Positions 59,753-64,000 of a DNA stretch of 64,000 bases are shown one piece after another (the first letter of the stretch is position 1; every line of letters starts with the position of its first letter). The position numbers and the translations under genes are program-made. This stretch comes from an uncultured candidate division Zixibacteria bacterium. GTDB lineage: Bacteria; Zixibacteria; MSB-5A5; GN15; PGXB01. Under the pieces are notes generated by a model. The model was given only the letters and a program-made list of their open reading frames with translations, did not search any database and was not told the DNA's origin. Location of the stretch: contig OY969724.1 in NCBI GenBank assembly GCA_963702205.1, forward strand, positions 2,304,001-2,368,000, read 5' to 3'.

Positions 59753-59874
59753 CCACTCCAAACAAGTTTGGAGTGGCCACCACGTGGCGTGGCCACCCAG
59801 TCGCTCACGAATCATAGTCCACGTCTATCCACTCCAAACAAGTTTGGCGTGGCCACCGCGCGGCGTGGCCACCC
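59753..59874. repeat. Two 46-nt direct repeats, family B, separated by 30 nt
   Basis: 59753-59798 and 59829-59874 are 43/46 identical; CCACTCCAAAC-aa-GTTTGG(A/C)GTGG hairpin plus duplicated GTGGCCACC(C) tail. Confidence 0.8.
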
Positions 59875-60010
59875 GGTCCGGTATCAGCGATTTATTCCTC
59901 CATGTATGATTTTGATTGCCTTTTCGTGGGCAATGGATGATATTTTATAGTCAACGCAATATTGGCTAATAAGACTTTTTTCGGTGCACCCTTGTGCCGG
60001 GAGGGTTGGT

Positions 60011-61108
60011 ATGTGTAACTCCAGAATTTCTTTATTCACCGTTTTTTGCATTCTGACAATCACAGGTGTATTGGCCGTCGGTTGTTCCGATAAAGACAAA
60101 TCGACCGGGCCGGTCCAATATGGCTGGTCGGCGCTTGGCTCCGGAGTAAACAGCGCTGTTTACGCCGTTGCCAGCTATAATGATGAATTGTACGTCGGTG
60201 GACCGTTAACGCACGCCGGCGACGAAGACGTGAGTAATATTGCGAAATGGAATGGATCCAACTGGTCGGCACTTGGGGCAGACGACGGTGGAACATTTTC
60301 CAATATTTTCGCTGCTATCGTTTATGATAACAAACTTATCTTTGCCGGACAATTTACCACTATCTGCGGAACGAACGCGAACGGCATTGCGGCCTGGGAT
60401 GGATCGGCCTGGACTACCCTGGGATCAGGCACAAGCGGCTTAATCTATGATCTGGCCATATATAATGGATATCTGATTGCCGGAGGCGTTTTCACCAATA
60501 TCGGCGGGGTGGCTGTCAATAATGTTGCGGCTTGGAACGGGACAAACTGGTCAGCCCTCGGAACCGGAATCACCGGGGCAGCACACAGCATTTATGCTCT
60601 TTCCATTTATGATAATAAATTGATTGTCGGAGGACTTTTCACCACAGCCGGTGGGAAGGGTGCAAATAATATCGCCTCCTGGAATGGGTCCGTTTGGGAT
60701 TCTCTGACATCCGGGACCAATTATCTGATCAATGAATTTACCGTCTTTGGCGGCGATTTAATCGTTGGGGGTGGTTTCACTGCCGCCGGTGGAATAAGCG
60801 CCAGTTATATTGCGGCCTGGGATGGATCAGTTTGGACGACTGTCGGCTCCGGCACAAATTCCTATGTCTATACGCTTGCTGTATATAATGACAAATTGAT
60901 AGTCGGGGGAGATTTCGTCAACGCCGGTGCAATAGACCTTAATCATATCGGGGTCTGGGACGGCAGCAGTTGGTCGGCGCTTGGAGCCGGAATGGACTAC
61001 GAAATCACCAAGCTCGGTATTTATGGTAATCGGCTTATAGCTGGAGGCGAGTTTACCAATGTCGACGGAACAGAAATGAACCATATCGCAGCCTGGGGAC
61101 CTCAATAA
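60011..61108 (+). CDS. Beta-propeller surface lipoprotein with W-S-A-L-G-S-G repeats
   Basis: Lipobox AVGC; about seven repeats of L..GG.FT..GG.....IA.WDG..W..LG.G. Confidence 0.8.
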   Translation: MCNSRISLFTVFCILTITGVLAVGCSDKDKSTGPVQYGWSALGSGVNSAVYAVASYNDELYVGGPLTHAGDEDVSNIAKWNGSNWSALGADDGGTFSNIFAAIVYDNKLIFAGQFTTICGTNANGIAAWDGSAWTTLGSGTSGLIYDLAIYNGYLIAGGVFTNIGGVAVNNVAAWNGTNWSALGTGITGAAHSIYALSIYDNKLIVGGLFTTAGGKGANNIASWNGSVWDSLTSGTNYLINEFTVFGGDLIVGGGFTAAGGISASYIAAWDGSVWTTVGSGTNSYVYTLAVYNDKLIVGGDFVNAGAIDLNHIGVWDGSSWSALGAGMDYEITKLGIYGNRLIAGGEFTNVDGTEMNHIAAWGPQ

Positions 61109-61117
61109 CAATTGAAC

Positions 61118-61149
61118 GGCGTCGGGAAATGATCTCCTGACGCCATTTT
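61118..61149 (+). terminator. Probable terminator
   Basis: GGCGTCGGGA-loop-TCCTGACGCC-ATTTT. Confidence 0.6.
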
Positions 61150-61226
61150 AATTCCTCTCTACTTAACTCTTGCCTTAACAACGAATTGTGTCTATTTTTA
61201 GAGCCGTTGTTTAAGAGAAGATAAGA

Positions 61227-61280
61227 TGTCAGGAGCGCTCTTCGCAAGGCTCAGAGTCTTCGACACGGCTCCTGACCTAC
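61227..61280 (-). repeat. REP-like element, family A (54 nt)
   Basis: Reverse complement GTAGGTCAGGAGCCGTG...CTCCTGACA; ends shared with the 29947 copy, interior shared with the 28957 copy. Confidence 0.75.
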
Positions 61281-61301
61281 TAAGAAAAATAGAGACCTGT
61301 T

Positions 61302-62195
61302 GTGGCGGACGAAGATAAAAATACCGAGCCCGAGTCGGAAAAAGATCCTGAATCCAATTCAGATTATAAGCCGGTTTATGGTTCAGGTGATGACTCCGAT
61401 GCGGATACGGAATCTACGCCGAAATCTGAATCCGGAGCGGAATCGGGTAAGGAATCTGATGATGAGCCCGAAACCAAAACCAAAGCCGATATGCCATTTT
61501 TAGACCATATAGAGGAGCTTCGCTGGAGGCTGATCAAGTCGATCGTGGCGATTGCCGTGACGGCTTTAATATCGTTCATCTTTGCCGGAGAAATATATAA
61601 ATTCATAACCGTCCCGCTGGGCAGCAACAAGCTTTATTTCACCGAAGTGACCGGGTCGTTCTACGCCTATTTAAAGCTGTCGTTCTACACCGGCATAATC
61701 GCCGCCGCGCCGGTGGTTTTCTATCAGCTCTGGAAATTTATCGGGCCGGGGCTGTACGACACCGAAAAAAAGATAATCCTGCCGCTGGTGGCCGTCTCGA
61801 CCATCCTCTTTCTGATCGGCGGGGCTTTCTGCTTTTATATCATTCTCCCGTTCGCGATCAAGTTTCTGATCGGCTACGGCGAGGGAGTTATGATGCCGAT
61901 TATCACGGTTTCGAGCTATATCTCGTTCGCCGGGATGATGATTCTGGCGTTCGGAGCGTCGTTCGAGATGCCGGTGGTCGGGTATTTCCTCGGGCGGATC
62001 GGGATAATATCGTCGAGAACCCTGTCCAAAGGCCGGCCGTATTTTATCGTGGCGATTTTAATCGTGGCGGCAATATTGACCCCGCCCGACGTTTTCACGC
62101 AGGTGATGCTGGCGGTGCCGCTGATGATATTGTTCGAATTGACGGTCATGCTGGTCAGGTATACCGGTAAAAAAGATAAAGAACTTAAAAATTAG
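61302..62195 (+). CDS. tatC: Twin-arginine translocase subunit TatC
   Basis: MPFLDHIEELRWRL, YQLWKFI.PGLY..EK, FEMPV, AAILTPPD...Q...AVP...LFE; acidic N-terminal extension. Confidence 0.95.
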   Translation: MADEDKNTEPESEKDPESNSDYKPVYGSGDDSDADTESTPKSESGAESGKESDDEPETKTKADMPFLDHIEELRWRLIKSIVAIAVTALISFIFAGEIYKFITVPLGSNKLYFTEVTGSFYAYLKLSFYTGIIAAAPVVFYQLWKFIGPGLYDTEKKIILPLVAVSTILFLIGGAFCFYIILPFAIKFLIGYGEGVMMPIITVSSYISFAGMMILAFGASFEMPVVGYFLGRIGIISSRTLSKGRPYFIVAILIVAAILTPPDVFTQVMLAVPLMILFELTVMLVRYTGKKDKELKN

Positions 62196-62269
62196 GATAA
62201 ATTAGATACTTTTGGATCGTATCTTCTAATTAATTTGTCAAAGGTATGAGAGAGTAGAGGAGAAGGGCG

Positions 62270-63184
62270 ATGAATCCGATTCAGAAGTGGGCTATGGCGG
62301 TAAGGGCACCGTTTTTCACGGGGATAATTATCCCGGTCCTGTTCGGGGCGACTCTGGCCTTTTACGAAACCGGGCATTTCAACTGGGCGACATTTTTCGT
62401 GACGCTGTTCGGGGCGGTTTTTGCCCACGCGGCGGCGAATATGACCAACGATTATTTTGATCATAAGTCCACCGATGATGAGATCAACGAAAACTATACA
62501 CCGTTTTCAGGCGGCAGCCGGGTGATCCAGAACAAGCTTATGAGTCCCAAAACGGTTTTGACCGGGGCGTTTGTCTTCTGGTTTTTGGCGCTGGCCTGTG
62601 GGGTGTACCTGACTATCGTCACGCCGGGCTACTGGGTTCTCGTTTTGGCGACGGCGGGATTTATCGGCGGATTTTTCTATACCGCCGGTCGGTTCGCGTT
62701 TTCGTACCACGGTCTCGGCGAAATCATGATTCATATCAATTTCGGCATCTTGCCGGTGATGGGTGCCTATTATGTCCAGACCGGATATTTCAGCTGGGCG
62801 GCGTTCTGGACGTCGTTTCCGATCGGGTTTTTGATCACGGCAATTTTGTATATTAATCAATATCCCGATTTCGACGCCGATAAGGCGGTCGGGAAGAACA
62901 ACCTGGTGGTCAAGCAGGGCAAAAAGATGTCCATGGCCGGGTATTACTTCCTGATATTCGGAAGCTACGGCGGGGTAGTATTGTCGGTAGTTTTCGGCAT
63001 TTTGAGTCCGTATTCATTGGTGGCGCTGGTGTCGCTACCGATCGCGCTCAAGACGGTTCGAACTTTTGCGCGGGAATATGAGAAAATAAAGGAGCTTGTT
63101 CCGGCGATGGCCGGGACTATCCAGACCCATCTGTTGGTGGGGGTCCTGATGTCGGTCGGGTGTATCGCCGGGGGGCTGTTATAG
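62270..63184 (+). CDS. menA: 1,4-dihydroxy-2-naphthoate polyprenyltransferase (UbiA family)
   Basis: AVRAPFFT, NMTNDYFD...TD, FSGGSRVI, GLGE, INQYPDFDAD..VGK. Confidence 0.85.
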   Translation: MNPIQKWAMAVRAPFFTGIIIPVLFGATLAFYETGHFNWATFFVTLFGAVFAHAAANMTNDYFDHKSTDDEINENYTPFSGGSRVIQNKLMSPKTVLTGAFVFWFLALACGVYLTIVTPGYWVLVLATAGFIGGFFYTAGRFAFSYHGLGEIMIHINFGILPVMGAYYVQTGYFSWAAFWTSFPIGFLITAILYINQYPDFDADKAVGKNNLVVKQGKKMSMAGYYFLIFGSYGGVVLSVVFGILSPYSLVALVSLPIALKTVRTFAREYEKIKELVPAMAGTIQTHLLVGVLMSVGCIAGGLL

Positions 63185-63202
63185 TCAATCCGGGTGAAGG
63201 CC

Positions 63203-63231
63203 TTGACATTACAAGGATTGAAATATACATT
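63203..63231 (+). promoter_or_regulatory. Sigma70-type promoter for the tRNA
   Basis: TTGACA-N17-TACATT, 15 nt before the tRNA 5' end. Confidence 0.7.
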
Positions 63232-63246
63232 TTAATAAATTATAAA

Positions 63247-63318
63247 GCGGGCGTAATTCAGCGGTAGAATGCAAGCTTCCCAAGCTTGACGTCAAGGGTT
63301 CGACCCCCTTCGCCCGCT
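63247..63318 (+). tRNA. tRNA-Gly (anticodon CCC)
   Basis: Acceptor stem GCGGGCG/CGCCCGC; D arm ATTC/GAAT; anticodon stem CAAGC/GCTTG with loop TT-CCC-AA; T arm AAGGG-TTCGACC-CCCTT; discriminator T; CCA not encoded. Confidence 0.96.
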
Positions 63319-63330
63319 TAATTTTATGTC

Positions 63331-64000
63331 ATGAAAGTACAGTCGATACATCCCGATTCGCCTCTGTTCGGTTATGTCCGCACAGGGTGGCAGCTGGTTT
63401 CGGTCAACGGACGCGAAGTGACCGATACGCTCGACTATCAGTTCAAGTCGGCCGATGACCATCTGTCGCTCATATTCGAGAACTCCGATGGTGCTGCGAA
63501 GAAGTTTGATTTCGGCGTGGAGCGTCCCAATGATCTGGGGGTGATATTCGAAGACGACAGAATTCTCCGTTGCAAGGCCAACTGCATATTCTGCTTCGTA
63601 CACCAGCAGCCCAAAGGGATGCGCCGGTCGCTTTATGTCAAGGACGATGACTTTCGGCTGTCGTTCAAGCACGGCAATTTCGTGACGCTGTCCAATCTGA
63701 CCAGGCAGGACGTTGATCGCATAATAGCGCAGGGGTTGTCGCCGCTCTATGTGTCGGTGCACGCGACCGACAACAAGCTGCGGCGGTGTCTGCTTCGCAA
63801 TGAAAAGCTGGAGCCGATTGTGCCGATGCTGAAGCGACTTATTGGGGCGGGAATAGTTTTTCATACACAGGTAGTAGTGTGTCCGGGGATAAACGATGGC
63901 CCGGCGCTGAACCGCACTATAGAAGATCTTGCCAAACTGTATCCGGGGGTGCGGACTATCGGTATTGTTCCGGTCGGGCTGACCAGGTACAGACAAAAGC
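63331..64000 (+). CDS. PDZ/radical-SAM DUF512-family Fe-S protein (runs off the window end)
   Basis: Read by hand: MKVQSIHPDSP...VNGREVTD.LDYQF...CKANCIFCFVHQQPKGMRRSLYVKDDDFRLSF.HGNFVTLSN...SPLYVSVHATD; absent from the ORF track because no stop falls in the window. Confidence 0.9.
   Translation, partial: MKVQSIHPDSPLFGYVRTGWQLVSVNGREVTDTLDYQFKSADDHLSLIFENSDGAAKKFDFGVERPNDLGVIFEDDRILRCKANCIFCFVHQQPKGMRRSLYVKDDDFRLSFKHGNFVTLSNLTRQDVDRIIAQGLSPLYVSVHATDNKLRRCLLRNEKLEPIVPMLKRLIGAGIVFHTQVVVCPGINDGPALNRTIEDLAKLYPGVRTIGIVPVGLTRYRQK

Noticed and set aside
59753..59874. Repeat-spacer-repeat resembling a mini CRISPR array
   Set aside because: Only two repeats, internally duplicated 46-nt units, no cas genes or leader, and a related hairpin at 58483; fits a REP-like family better
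63247..63318. tRNA as an integration site for an island
   Set aside because: No integrase, and I saw no duplicated tRNA 3' end in the window
63292..63996. 234-aa minus-strand ORF
   Set aside because: Antisense shadow of the plus-strand DUF512 radical-SAM gene, and it overlaps the tRNA

Overview
A 64-kb chromosomal segment of a diderm bacterium. PorV-like barrels, PEGA/Fn3 surface proteins, a WD40-Omp85 protein and LPS-heptose genes suggest an FCB-group organism such as Zixibacteria; this is inference only. In order, the window holds: envelope and secretion genes; a GH57 operon; a sigma54-driven priming glycosyltransferase and an orphan NtrC-family activator; an NSS transporter with a small subunit missed by the ORF track; a frameshifted uppP, a GT9-GmhB fusion, amrS, a metallopeptidase-WD40-Omp85, a BamB-like lipoprotein and a HEAT protein; an hsp20-dnaK-dnaJ cluster; a small accessory stretch; a large acyl-CoA region; rpiB-glyA...dCMP deaminase-nrdR; an accessory block; tatC, menA, tRNA-Gly(CCC) and a truncated DUF512 radical-SAM gene. 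No CRISPR array, prophage or transposase is visible. The most notable signals are four. (1) An archaeal-type HMG-CoA synthase/thiolase/DUF35 triad sits directly upstream of leucine-catabolic methylcrotonyl-CoA carboxylase/hydratase genes, with no HMG-CoA lyase in the window. (2) Four helically phased TGyC-N5-GrCA boxes precede a sigma54-type heat-shock promoter. (3) Two families of REP-like palindromes, including a REPIN-like doublet, repeatedly bracket accessory AT-rich genes. (4) Sigma28-like promoters precede non-flagellar genes. All family assignments come from motif recognition by eye; no database searches were run.
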